A stretch of DNA of 64,000 bases, from assembly GCA_965205015.1 (NCBI GenBank), contig OZ242029.1:608001-672000 (forward strand). The letters run 5' to 3'. The stretch is from Candidatus Poribacteria bacterium (GTDB lineage Bacteria > Poribacteria > WGA-4E > WGA-3G). Each line of letters starts with the position of its first letter. The first letter of the stretch is position 1. The position numbers were made by a program, and so were the translations under genes. Shown here one piece after another: positions 28,825-38,778 of the stretch. The notes under the pieces are model-generated. The model worked only from the letters and a program-made list of their open reading frames with translations, had not been told where the DNA came from and did no database searches.

Positions 28825-30163
28825 CAGGGTCATTCAATTTTAAGATTCCTCATTTTATGAGGTTAACTGCGAGTATAGGTTTTGCTGCGAGATATTGGAG
28901 AGCATCAGTGATTTTTGTATGTCCGGTGAATCGTAAAACAGAAAGTGCCGTGTTTCGCATGGCTGCCATGACTTGAGGGATCACGCCGGTTCGGACGCAG
29001 GAGGCATCCTCTCGAAAGACGGTATCTCGGACCCAATGAGGTTTATTCTCAATCGTCCAATGCTCACGTCGGAGTTTGAGCAAATCCGCTGCCGAGGCAC
29101 GTTGAGGTGTCAGACTCGTGATGCCATACTGCACGTGGCACTTGACCTTTTTGGTGTTTTTCTGTTCCTGGTGTGTGATGTATTGATAAACTTGCTGTAG
29201 CCCTGGCCAGTCGGAATCCTCTCTCAAGAGGGTGCTTGCGGTGAGGGTGCGAGTGGTAATCCTACCTTTTGCGTCTTCTATGTCTGTATACGTCTGAAGT
29301 GTTGCCTCGTTTTCTACGTGAAGGTTTTCAAACCGGCGATGCTCGACTTCAGGGGGGTCAGTTTCATCAAAGGGTTCAAAGAGGTCTCGAATATCTTCAT
29401 ATAACTGCTTCTGATTCGCTTTGACGGGGAGGCAATAATCTGCGTGATTTTCAAGAATCTGTTGACAGAACTTACGTTGGCTGAGAAGGGCATCGGTGGT
29501 AATAACCAGACCTGCGACATCAAAGGCTTTCAGGAGTTCGATGGAAAGTGGGATTTCATTGGTCTTTTCACCCACCGCAGTTTCTGCCACAGGGATGCCT
29601 ACCTCATGAAAGACGGCTGCGAGGAGATGTGTCCTGCGGGCATCTTCGCTATGACTGTTGCCTAAGGTTTTGCCATCTATGGCAAGTCCCTTCAAGCCAG
29701 ACGTGGAAATGGGCAAACTGGCTAAAGTCTGTGTTGTCCACTGCGTGAGCGTCTTTTCTACAGCCGTGATGTCCAGACGTTGATAAAGATAATGAAACGT
29801 CGATGCTGCCGGGGTTTGTTTGGCTCTGAACCCCAAGGCGTTTGGCAGGTCTGGGTGGAGGCGTGCCCATTTGGCAATCTGTGTATAGCTGCGTTGTCCA
29901 CACAAGAGTCCGACAACCGTGAGGGCGAGCATCGCGGCTAAGGGGTGGCGGCGTCCTTTTTTCTTGCGTGGATCTGGTACTTTTGCTAACATATCAAGTA
30001 AGTGGCAAGAGGAACGTCTTGTCATGATTCACCTCAAAAACGTGGTAATTTTTAGGGTGAAGTATAGCAGAAGTCGCGTGAAAAGTCACGCGACTTCTGC
30101 TTATCTGAAGTATTAACACCTGTAAAAAATACGACACAAAAAACCTACAATTGAATGACCCTG
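28825..30163 (-). mobile_element. ISAs1-family insertion sequence (1339 bp)
   Basis: 15-bp TIR CAGGGTCATTCAATT; 10-bp TSD CCGGAAACTC at 28815-28824 and 30164-30173. Confidence 0.95.
28850..30025 (-). CDS. ISAs1 family transposase
   Basis: PDPR, AIDGKT, KTNEI, TTDALLSQ, VKANQ, HWTIENKPHWVRD..FRED. Confidence 0.95.
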   Translation of the reverse strand: MTRRSSCHLLDMLAKVPDPRKKKGRRHPLAAMLALTVVGLLCGQRSYTQIAKWARLHPDLPNALGFRAKQTPAASTFHYLYQRLDITAVEKTLTQWTTQTLASLPISTSGLKGLAIDGKTLGNSHSEDARRTHLLAAVFHEVGIPVAETAVGEKTNEIPLSIELLKAFDVAGLVITTDALLSQRKFCQQILENHADYCLPVKANQKQLYEDIRDLFEPFDETDPPEVEHRRFENLHVENEATLQTYTDIEDAKGRITTRTLTASTLLREDSDWPGLQQVYQYITHQEQKNTKKVKCHVQYGITSLTPQRASAADLLKLRREHWTIENKPHWVRDTVFREDASCVRTGVIPQVMAAMRNTALSVLRFTGHTKITDALQYLAAKPILAVNLIK

Positions 30164-30250
30164 CCGGAAACTCAGAAAACGCTCGATATTTTTTTAGAGA
30201 GAAGAGCCACTCAGTATCCAAGAGGGACGAAACTCGTGAGGTAAAATTAG

Positions 30251-30859
30251 ATGAAAACATTACTTGGGATTTTTATGCTAACACTCTTGTTATCAGGTTG
30301 TGGTGCTAGTCAAAACACAACCTCGCTTGATACCCAGGATTCCAAAGAACCTTTTATCCTCGTCAATCCACTCAAGGATGATCCGGAAAATCCCAGCCCG
30401 CACAATCCTCTCATCAAGAAATTTGGGGATATTCCGCAAGTTCGTACGTATATGCGGTTACACCAAAAAATATTAAGCGGCACTCCACTTACGCGTGATG
30501 AGGCGATAGATTTCTTTACCGCAGAGTTCCACTTATATCAGTCTCCATCCACTGCGGAAGCACTCAAACGCCAAAAAGAAAGCAAAAAAAGAGACGAGAA
30601 GTTCGGATTCTCCTCTGATCTACCTGTATTCAGGTACACCGGAAAAAAAATAATAAGTTTTAGTCGTGTTGACGATGGCGGCAGTATTAGCGTAACGATA
30701 ATCGATCCAGATGGCACCAAGACGATAATAGATCCGAATCTGAATGACGGCGAACCTCTGCTAATTCCCCCCGCTGACGCAGACGCAAGTTATGATGATC
30801 GACCCAGATGGTACCAAAACGATTGGCATCAAGACGATAATAAATCCGAACCTGAATGA
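30251..30859 (+). CDS. Hypothetical lipoprotein with internal duplication
   Basis: Signal peptide and lipobox LLSGC; GAGG RBS. Confidence 0.75.
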   Translation: MKTLLGIFMLTLLLSGCGASQNTTSLDTQDSKEPFILVNPLKDDPENPSPHNPLIKKFGDIPQVRTYMRLHQKILSGTPLTRDEAIDFFTAEFHLYQSPSTAEALKRQKESKKRDEKFGFSSDLPVFRYTGKKIISFSRVDDGGSISVTIIDPDGTKTIIDPNLNDGEPLLIPPADADASYDDRPRWYQNDWHQDDNKSEPE

Positions 30860-30913
30860 CGGCGAACCTCTGCTAATTTCCTCTATTAGGATACCTTTTG
30901 GAAAACTTGCTTT

Positions 30914-31734
30914 TTATTCATCTTCTTGGGGTAGAACTTCATCTATTCTGTCGGGAGGAAACCAGGTAGGTAGTGCTGCAAGATGTGATTTCTTAATAGC
31001 GGCTTGTAAATCGTAACGATCAGCCACCGAACTGACCAAATCTAGGAACCAATCAGGAGCGGAAGGATCGATAATGACTTCTTGGATTAGTAGGTTGAGG
31101 TCAACTTCATAATAAATGCCAACATCACAGATATTCGGCCACATAGGGATTTCACTGGTAAGAAAATTCGGAAAGTTCTCCGGACTGGCCTCGGGAGGTA
31201 TACGCTGAATCATGGCTCTTACTTCTCGCTCGTGCTCAAAACTTTTTCGCTTATGTAGATACGGAGATAGTAGATCATCCTCGGGGATCTTTTCACTATC
31301 GTAGTCAATATACTTAACTTTCCCCAAGTGCATCTGTTCGTCAGTTATGAAACTCGCTACAAAAGAATCAAAATTAGTTTTGATGGCAATACCGCTGTTT
31401 GCACTGGAATATACTTTCCACATCGCCTCTGATTCGTGACTACTTTCATGCCAACAACTAATCAGTGTAAAGCGACGCAATTCCACCCTCAGGTGCTCAT
31501 ACATCAATATTTCTTTCTCTGAGAGTTCAGATTTTAAACTGGCATAACGTGATTTTATGTTGTTATAGGGGTAGCCCCTTCAAAAGGGTCACCTAATTGG
31601 TCTGCTCTAGCGAAAAACAGCGCACGCTTCTCCAAAAGCGAGACGAATTTCGTGAAGTCCATATACCTCCACAAAATCGCGTTTGCGGGAGGTGGATTGT
31701 GAAATTTCCGAGTATCGGCATCTAAATCAGGCAT
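30914..31734 (-). pseudogene. DUF2971-like protein, frameshifted near 31565
   Basis: Frame 1 MPDLD...LWRYMDFTKFVSLL...FFARADQLGDPFEG stops early; frame 2 continues ISCWH...ESEAMWKVY...HKRKSFEHEREVR. Confidence 0.75.
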
Positions 31735-31787
31735 AAGCTCGCACTTGTCGCGTTTCTAAATCTTAAGTAGATAGGTAGGGAAAAATA

Positions 31788-32177
31788 TTAACGCGGAGGG
31801 TGTGTCCATTTGGCGTGTCCGCTATAGACCATGAGTGCATTTACAAACGCATGGTCTGGATATCGCCATACATCGGCGACTATGCGATCGTGGGAAATAC
31901 CCACCGGTTCGAATGTTACCCGCTTTCCCTCCAGAAATTGTTTCAGATAGCGAATAGCTTTTTCCCCTTGTGGAGTTCCACTTTCCGGGGCATCTATATT
32001 TTTTAGACGAATCTTATTGAACCTACTCGGGCTTCCCAACCGTTGCATAGGCGGTTCGTTGAGGGGGGATCCTATTAGTCTTTCCATCGGGGTCTGTAGT
32101 ACGATTCGGCGGGAAATTTCAGGACTGACCTCAACCGTATCGCCATCAATGACTCCTGTCACAACATAAGTTTGCAT
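31788..32177 (-). CDS. Thermonuclease (SNase-like) family protein
   Basis: VIDGDTV, IRLKNIDAPE, DRIVADV, VNALMVYSGHA; AAGGAG RBS before ATG 32177. Confidence 0.85.
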   Translation of the reverse strand: MQTYVVTGVIDGDTVEVSPEISRRIVLQTPMERLIGSPLNEPPMQRLGSPSRFNKIRLKNIDAPESGTPQGEKAIRYLKQFLEGKRVTFEPVGISHDRIVADVWRYPDHAFVNALMVYSGHAKWTHPPR

Positions 32178-32181
32178 GGTT

Positions 32182-32352
32182 CTACTCCTTTTCTCGTTTG
32201 CCAACTTCTTCGGCGATGATCGTACGATTGTTTTCACGTTTGTTTCGTTTGTTTCGGAAGGCATGCGGTGAGGCGGGGTTAAGTCTACCCGCTTTTTTAC
32301 TACGTCCTTCGTTGCGCCAGTACCAGATTTTACGCATTTTCTTGCGTGGCAT
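32182..32352 (-). CDS. Small basic hypothetical protein (56 aa, below the ORF-track cutoff)
   Basis: GAGGTG RBS; MPRKKMRKIWYWRNEGRSKKAGRLNPASPHAFRNKRNKRENNRTIIAEEVGKREKE*; stop 4 nt before the nuclease ATG. Confidence 0.55.
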   Translation of the reverse strand: MPRKKMRKIWYWRNEGRSKKAGRLNPASPHAFRNKRNKRENNRTIIAEEVGKREKE

Positions 32353-32568
32353 ACCATCACCTCTTTTTAAGGAAGTGTAACAGAAATTGCCGAAAAAAGG
32401 TCAGTGTTTTTAGTGGCACTGTTGGTCCAGATATAAATACAACCCATATTCGTTAGGTATTTGCAGAAGGTTCCCGTTTCTTGACAAGTTCTCTCAGGTT
32501 ATTCGCCTAAGTATTATACCATACAAAAGCCCAGCGGTCAAAAGATATTCACGCGGAAAATTTATGTG

Positions 32569-35500
32569 CTACGCCTCCTCAGAAATTTCTAATTTTGACA
32601 ACTGCTCAACAATCTCCACCGTATCTAAGCTCACACTGATGACTTTCTGGATCAGATCCACGATGTAGGTTTCATCATTCGCACGGTTTGGATTGTTCTC
32701 AATACCGCTCCGTCTATCTGTTTTTACGCGATACTGATCGACCACCCACTCCAACGCTGAACGATTTCCTAACCGATATTGAAACGCCTCTGCAGGAATC
32801 CCGTCTAACGTGAGAAAATCGTTGTATTTTATCTGTGTTTTGTCTTTGGAAAACCGCATCTGCTCTACACGCCACTCCAGGGACATCCCCTCAGTTTCAA
32901 TCAGATCGAGTTTATATTTCGGCTGGTCTTCATAGTGGACATGGATTTCCGCTAACCGTTTTCCCGCTTCGACAAATTCCCAGAACGCTGCCGCAAATGG
33001 GATATGCGGCAAATCCCGCTTGAGGTTCGCCTGATAGTGCTCGCGATATGTAGGATGGTGCAGGAGCGCGTAGATATAGTGGAAAATGTCCCACTTGGTG
33101 ATTTTCTCGTCTCCGTAATGTTCTCGGAACTGCGTCAATGCCCAATCTGTGATGTTCTCTCGTCGGTTTGTGCCATCTTCGTCGTAGATATAGAAGGGAA
33201 AGCACTGTCCAGGCGAGCCAAAACCGCCTGTCACAATATGTCCAGGAATAAGATTACTCATAAGACAGGTGAACGGTTTTTCTGGTGTCATATTTACACA
33301 GATTACGCGATTTTCTTTTTCTGTATCAGGGGTCGGAAAGATACGCGGAAAGACAAAGACTCGTTGATTCAACATTCTATCAAAGAATAGATTCGTCTTC
33401 GTAAATGGTCTATAGAGATGCCGTCTGATTTTTGACAGGGTAAACTCAGCGGTATGTCCACCCTTTAGTTGTGATTTTAAGCCTGAACTCCAACTAATCT
33501 GCTTGTTATCATAACTCACAAAATCGTCCACATCTTCATCTGGATTCTCTCTCCGTTCCCAGTTGAACACCTGCGAATTGTAAAACTTGATTGTCCCCTG
33601 TATATTCTGGGCAAGAGTATCTTGATTGAAGTTAATGACCCATGCATCCCGATTCGTCTGAACCCCACTGCTAAATTGGTGGAAAATCACACCCGCAACC
33701 TCCCCCTTCTCTGCTTTTGCTTGTTTACTCCCTATCGGCAGGAAGGTCTCAAAATCCTCGCGAAGTCCCTCGGTGAGCCATGTATGTCGTGCATCGGGTT
33801 GAATCGTTTGCCAATTGACACCGCCGACGTGTTTACATGTGTCCAGAAATTCAAACGTTGTTTCTTTGTTCATCTCAGCGGTCTCGCCGTTGTAAAAAAT
33901 ACGGGCAGGTCCTTTACCGCCTTGATGCTTTTTCACAAACAGGTTGATGCTCACCCCCACCTGAATATCGAAGACATTGGAATTGCCTGCGTGACCTTTA
34001 CGGACGTTACCACCCAAATCCAAGAGATAGATCGCATCACACGCCTCAGCGAGGTGTTTCCGCATCCCGTCGAATGCCTGACCGGTGATAAAGTTATGGT
34101 TCGTTACAAATGCGACAATCCCTTCCCCTTCAATCCGATTCAATGCCCAGAAAATTGCTTTGACGTAGGGATCGTAGAGTGAAGTTTTGTTCGTCGCATT
34201 GGAGGCTTGAGCATACGTCTCCTGAATCTGTTTATCCAATACAGGATATTTCCGATTCCGGTTGGCATCGTTTTCATCCATCTGGCGCGCATTGTAGGGT
34301 GGATTTCCGATCACAACAAACATCTCGGTTTGCTTCTGTTTTTCGACCCGACGGGTATTCTCTGGTGCGAACATGGATAACTGGCGTTCCGTTGTCAAGT
34401 CAAAGGTGTCCACAAGACAGAGGTTATCGAAAGGCTGATACTGTTTCGTGGCAACGTAGAACTCATGCTCAATGTTCATACTCGCAATGTAATACGGCAT
34501 CAGTAAGACTTCATTGCAGTGGAGTTCATCGCTATATTTCGCTTTGAGTGCGGTTTTGCTGATTTCTTGTATGAGTCGCACGACGAAGTTGCCAGTGCCG
34601 ACGAATGGGTCGATGAGGTGAACCCCTGTATCCGAAAGTGAACGTCCAAACTCGGTTTCAAGGAGATGTGCAACGCTTTTTACCATGAAATTGACAATCG
34701 GCTGCGGCGTATAGACGATGCCGTGTGTATCCGCAACCTTGACAGAGAACCCTTGAAAAAACTGCTCGTATACGGTATTGAGGAAATGCTGTTTCTGCGA
34801 GAAGTCGATGAAGGTTGCGGCGGCACGTTCAATGGCACTGTAGAATGGGCTGAGTTCTCGGAGGAGTTCGGAGCGATTATAGGATTGCTGTATGAGGGCA
34901 TCAATCACATTTTCAATTTCACGTGCGATGATATTTCGGCGTGTGAAATCGGGATTGTCAAAAACGGTGCGGAAAATCCGCTCTGTTAAGAGATGTTGGA
35001 TGAGCATCTCCTCCACAGCAGATTTTGAGAGGTTCGGATTAATCGCCTCTTGACACTGGCGGCAAAAATCCGCAAACGCCTCCTGAAATCGTGCGTTGAT
35101 CTCCCCTTCGTTTTGGATGAGTGCTGCGGCGCGTTGTCCGAGTGCTGGCACTCTGTCTTTGAATTCAACAACGGCACGTTCCCAATTGGTAATATCTGTT
35201 TGTTCGTACCTGAAGAAGGTGTGAAGGGCTCGGATAAATGCTTCTGGGTCGGCGACGTCTACATCCATGACCTCTTGTCCATCTTGATAGAGGACGGCGC
35301 GTTCTTGGGTCGTAAAGAGAATGTTATCTTGTGGATAGTCTACATCGAATTTCTCTCTAATCACTGTAGGGAAGGGGTCGTGGAGGTCTTTCGCTTCCCA
35401 GTAGCCGCGTGGCAAGCCGAAGTCGTTATCGGTGAGCATCCCATCGACGTAAATCGTCCTGTTTTGGGGCGTTCGGAGCGATTTCTCACAGATAAGCGTT

Positions 35501-35646
35501 AGATTATTTTGCCGGGCATAGTATTGGAGGAGCGTTGCAAAAGCGAGTCGGATTTCGGTTTCATTTGTCGCGCCAAGGCTTTCGTATTGTTTGAGTTCGG
35601 CGTAAAAGGCTTTTATCGGTTTGTGCGTCGGCTTGATGTCTCGCAT
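32569..35646 (-). CDS. Single-chain restriction-modification enzyme (Type IIG/IIL; Type ISP-like C-terminal TRD, no helicase)
   Basis: N-terminal VDG...YWEAKD nuclease motif, GIVYTP, DPFVGTGNF, GNPPY, YRPF, SALEWVVDQY. Confidence 0.88.
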   Translation of the reverse strand: MRDIKPTHKPIKAFYAELKQYESLGATNETEIRLAFATLLQYYARQNNLTLICEKSLRTPQNRTIYVDGMLTDNDFGLPRGYWEAKDLHDPFPTVIREKFDVDYPQDNILFTTQERAVLYQDGQEVMDVDVADPEAFIRALHTFFRYEQTDITNWERAVVEFKDRVPALGQRAAALIQNEGEINARFQEAFADFCRQCQEAINPNLSKSAVEEMLIQHLLTERIFRTVFDNPDFTRRNIIAREIENVIDALIQQSYNRSELLRELSPFYSAIERAAATFIDFSQKQHFLNTVYEQFFQGFSVKVADTHGIVYTPQPIVNFMVKSVAHLLETEFGRSLSDTGVHLIDPFVGTGNFVVRLIQEISKTALKAKYSDELHCNEVLLMPYYIASMNIEHEFYVATKQYQPFDNLCLVDTFDLTTERQLSMFAPENTRRVEKQKQTEMFVVIGNPPYNARQMDENDANRNRKYPVLDKQIQETYAQASNATNKTSLYDPYVKAIFWALNRIEGEGIVAFVTNHNFITGQAFDGMRKHLAEACDAIYLLDLGGNVRKGHAGNSNVFDIQVGVSINLFVKKHQGGKGPARIFYNGETAEMNKETTFEFLDTCKHVGGVNWQTIQPDARHTWLTEGLREDFETFLPIGSKQAKAEKGEVAGVIFHQFSSGVQTNRDAWVINFNQDTLAQNIQGTIKFYNSQVFNWERRENPDEDVDDFVSYDNKQISWSSGLKSQLKGGHTAEFTLSKIRRHLYRPFTKTNLFFDRMLNQRVFVFPRIFPTPDTEKENRVICVNMTPEKPFTCLMSNLIPGHIVTGGFGSPGQCFPFYIYDEDGTNRRENITDWALTQFREHYGDEKITKWDIFHYIYALLHHPTYREHYQANLKRDLPHIPFAAAFWEFVEAGKRLAEIHVHYEDQPKYKLDLIETEGMSLEWRVEQMRFSKDKTQIKYNDFLTLDGIPAEAFQYRLGNRSALEWVVDQYRVKTDRRSGIENNPNRANDETYIVDLIQKVISVSLDTVEIVEQLSKLEISEEA

Positions 35647-35889
35647 CCTCGTGTTGTCTCCCTAATTCATCAATTTATGTGAAGTATTGTAGATCAGTTC
35701 GCAGTAGATTGCAAGTGAAATTATTGATCCAAAAATTGAAAACCATGATGGATCCTAAACATAAGTAGACATCTTGTAGGGGGTTTTTGCTGGGGTGTTT
35801 CCTTAGGTCTTGTACCTGCCCACTCACAGCGTCCGCTCCTTAATTGTGGGATTTACCATAAATAGCCCTAATTAGTGATATATAATCCT

Positions 35890-35918
35890 TTGACAGAAAA
35901 TCGCTTCTGTAGTATAAT
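35890..35918 (+). promoter_or_regulatory. Sigma70 consensus promoter
   Basis: TTGACA-17 nt-TATAAT. Confidence 0.8.
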
Positions 35919-35929
35919 AATTGAGAAAT

Positions 35930-36592
35930 ATGAAAATATGTCTGCTGCTACCGGCTTACAACGAATCTAAAACAATTGGACAGATAATTCAGGAATCCTC
36001 TGCGTTTATCAGTGATATTGTTGTCATTGACGACGGTTCATCAGATGAAACAGCAGAGATCGCAGCTGCGTGCGGGGCAGTCTGTTTGACAAACCCGACG
36101 AACCGTGGGAAAGGGAACGCCTTACGAAAAGGGTTTGCCTATGCCCTCGAACACAGATATGAGTCGGTTTTCACGATGGATAGCGATGGGCAACATCAGC
36201 CTGCGGATATACCCCGTTTCTTGGAACACTTTGACGATACACGTCCGGACATACTCATAGGGGCAAGGGAAACCCAGGATTTTCGGACATCCATGCCGCT
36301 TCACAGACGGATGAATAACTGCTTCATTTCTTATGTCGGTTCAAAGTTGTGTGGGCAACGGGTGCCAGATTTTCAATCGGGATATCGGCTGATTCGTGCT
36401 GAAGTCCTGCGACAGGTTCATTTGGAGACAGAGCGTTACGAAACGGAATCGGAACTCCTGATAAAAGCAGGACGACTCGGGTTCCGAATCGAAAGTTTAC
36501 CGATTCAGACCCGTTACGGCGACGAGGTCAGCCATATCAAACCGCTTCGAGAGATATGGCTCTTTACAAAGTTGTTGCTTCGTAGTTTATGA
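35930..36592 (+). CDS. Glycosyltransferase family 2 (DPM/polyprenol-phosphate type)
   Basis: PAYNE, DDGSSD, NRGKG, DSDGQH, DFQSGYR. Confidence 0.92.
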   Translation: MKICLLLPAYNESKTIGQIIQESSAFISDIVVIDDGSSDETAEIAAACGAVCLTNPTNRGKGNALRKGFAYALEHRYESVFTMDSDGQHQPADIPRFLEHFDDTRPDILIGARETQDFRTSMPLHRRMNNCFISYVGSKLCGQRVPDFQSGYRLIRAEVLRQVHLETERYETESELLIKAGRLGFRIESLPIQTRYGDEVSHIKPLREIWLFTKLLLRSL

Positions 36593-36622
36593 GGAGATGA
36601 CCAGGGCCCATAGTTAAAAAAA

Positions 36623-37654
36623 ATGGATTCACTTCGGCTCTTTATTAACGGTTTTCTGATAGGCATCGCCAACATCATTCCCGGTATGAGTGGCGGGACG
36701 CTTGCCCTCGTTTTAGGTATCTATGAACGGCTCATCGGTGCATTACGGCGCATCGGGCTTTCAACGGTAAAAAAACTGCTCAGAGGTGCGACTTTAAGAA
36801 AAAATGCCCTTGCCGAAGCACGGGCAGAACTCCGGCGAATTGATTTCGGCTTTCTGGCACTCTTAGGAATCGGTGCGATAGTCGCTGTCCTGCTCACATC
36901 AAAACTGATTGTTTATCTGCTGAACCATCATCACGACGCGACTTACGGTTTCTTTAGCGGATTAATTCTAATCTCTATCCTGATACCGATCCGTATGCTA
37001 AAGGCATTCGGTTGGAAAGAACTGTTAGTACTATTGATTGCTGTCGCATTGATATTGAGCCTGTCTATCGGTACGACAGAAAAGCAGTTAGATCGAGTTG
37101 CATATAAATCTGGGGTAGAAACAACGGCAGGTAGCGAGATCTCCGAAGGCGGAACTGGGCTGCCAACGTACTGGGAACTCGTCCTCTTTTTCGGAAGTGG
37201 TGCCTTGGCGATTTCAGCGATGATCTTGCCCGGTATCAGCGGCTCGTTCCTGATGCTTGCGCTCGGGGTCTACTTCCCCCTTTTGACGGCGATCAACACA
37301 GCGTTAGAGGGTATCCCAGGATTGCTGAAAGGGATTTTCGAGGCATCGCTGCTGGGAAGTTTACTCATCATCGGTTTCACAACAGTTGGGTGCTTGTTCG
37401 GACTCTTAGCATTTACACGATTGCTCAACTATCTGCTGGAACGCTATCGTAACTTAACAATCAGTTTTCTCATTGGACTGATGGTGGGTTCACTCTACGG
37501 GTTATGGCCCTTCCGCGAGTTCGCAATGGTAGATGGGGAACGGATAGACACGGCTCACATCTTACCGCACCTTGATATGAACCTGCTTCTCACTACGGCG
37601 GCTTTTCTTATCGGTTGCGGTGTTATATATTTATTTACGCGCCTGGAGAATTAA
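36623..37654 (+). CDS. DUF368 family protein (undecaprenyl-phosphate translocase family)
   Basis: IPGMSGGTLALVLGIYERLI and AMILPGISGS repeats; WPF. Confidence 0.88.
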   Translation: MDSLRLFINGFLIGIANIIPGMSGGTLALVLGIYERLIGALRRIGLSTVKKLLRGATLRKNALAEARAELRRIDFGFLALLGIGAIVAVLLTSKLIVYLLNHHHDATYGFFSGLILISILIPIRMLKAFGWKELLVLLIAVALILSLSIGTTEKQLDRVAYKSGVETTAGSEISEGGTGLPTYWELVLFFGSGALAISAMILPGISGSFLMLALGVYFPLLTAINTALEGIPGLLKGIFEASLLGSLLIIGFTTVGCLFGLLAFTRLLNYLLERYRNLTISFLIGLMVGSLYGLWPFREFAMVDGERIDTAHILPHLDMNLLLTTAAFLIGCGVIYLFTRLEN

Positions 37655-37658
37655 ATGT

Positions 37659-37772
37659 AATGGTTGTCGGTCTCCGGTTATTGGTTTTCGGTAGGGCGTG
37701 TGGCGGTTACAAAGTTTTGCCTGCCACAAACCGCTTTCAACCGACAACTGACAATTGACAACTGATAACCAT
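37659..37772. repeat. Heptamer-armed inverted repeat element
   Basis: ATGGTTGTCG...CCGACAA CTGACAA TTGACAA CTGATAA CCAT. Confidence 0.75.
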
Positions 37773-37779
37773 AAAAACA

Positions 37780-38697
37780 ATGAAAAAAATCAAGAACGTC
37801 GGTTTATTTGTCAATACGACCAAAGCCAACGCGTCGGGGGTCGTCGAAGGCGTGTCTGCGTGGCTCCAAGAGCGAGGTATTGTCCCACTGCTACCAAAAG
37901 AGCAAGCGATTGAGTTGGGATGTCCGCGAACCGGTATTTCCAAAACAGAGGTCGTAGAGCAAGCAGATGTACTTCTCGTGCTTGGTGGCGATGGAACGCT
38001 CCTGAGCGCAGCACATACACCGAAAATTGAAAATGTGCCTATCTTAGCAATTAACATCGGAACACTTGGATTTTTGACGGACGCCTCGCTTGATGAACTC
38101 TACCCGACACTGAACGCGCTTTTGACAGGGGCTTATCGGATAGAACATCGGATGATGTTGGAAGTTATTGTAAACAGTCAAGTCCAAACTGATCCGACCG
38201 AACCGCAAGGCAAATTTAAAAAACCTTTTCAGGCTTTCGCGCTCAACGATGTTGTGATTCGGCACTACACACATCTTATCGAATTAGATGCTTACGTCGA
38301 TGGAGAACTCTTTATACCGTATAACGCCGATGGACTCATTATCGCGACGCCGAGCGGATCGACCGGATATTCGCTCTCCTGCGCGGGCACGATCGTCACA
38401 CCACAATTGGAGGCGATCCTGCTGACACCCATCGCACCTCATAGCTTGACAGTGCGTCCCTTCATCGCCGATGGCGCTGCGGAAATAACCGTCAAAATGC
38501 GTGCGGACTATCAGAGTGTAGATGTTTTTGTAGATGGACAACGTGAAACCCATAGTCTTACTGCGGGAGCAGTCATAAGGGTGAAAAAAGCGGAACGGAC
38601 GATTCAACTCATCCGTTCGCAGCACCATAGTTATTACAGAGCCTTGCGTGAAAAATTAATGTATGGCTATCAGCCATCGGCTATCAGTCGTCGGTAA
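37780..38697 (+). CDS. nadK: NAD kinase
   Basis: GGDGT, GTLGFL, ALND, DGLIIATPSGSTGYSLS. Confidence 0.95.
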   Translation: MKKIKNVGLFVNTTKANASGVVEGVSAWLQERGIVPLLPKEQAIELGCPRTGISKTEVVEQADVLLVLGGDGTLLSAAHTPKIENVPILAINIGTLGFLTDASLDELYPTLNALLTGAYRIEHRMMLEVIVNSQVQTDPTEPQGKFKKPFQAFALNDVVIRHYTHLIELDAYVDGELFIPYNADGLIIATPSGSTGYSLSCAGTIVTPQLEAILLTPIAPHSLTVRPFIADGAAEITVKMRADYQSVDVFVDGQRETHSLTAGAVIRVKKAERTIQLIRSQHHSYYRALREKLMYGYQPSAISRR

Positions 38698-38778
38698 AGA
38701 AAGCGGTTTTCAATGAACCCACATCCGCTTGCTGACTGCTATTCTGCTAATCTATGCTACAAACTGGCAACTTAGGTT

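Noticed and set aside
28773-30243. 40-aa ORF interrupted by ISAs1
   Set aside because: The rebuilt peptide is short, has no clear RBS or motif, and the insertion looks intergenic.
30695-30880. DGR template/variable repeat pair
   Set aside because: Differences are not adenine-specific and there is no reverse transcriptase in the window.
32178-32360. N-terminal extension of the thermonuclease in the ORF track
   Set aside because: A strong AAGGAG precedes ATG 32177, and a separate RBS-bearing ORF occupies another frame.
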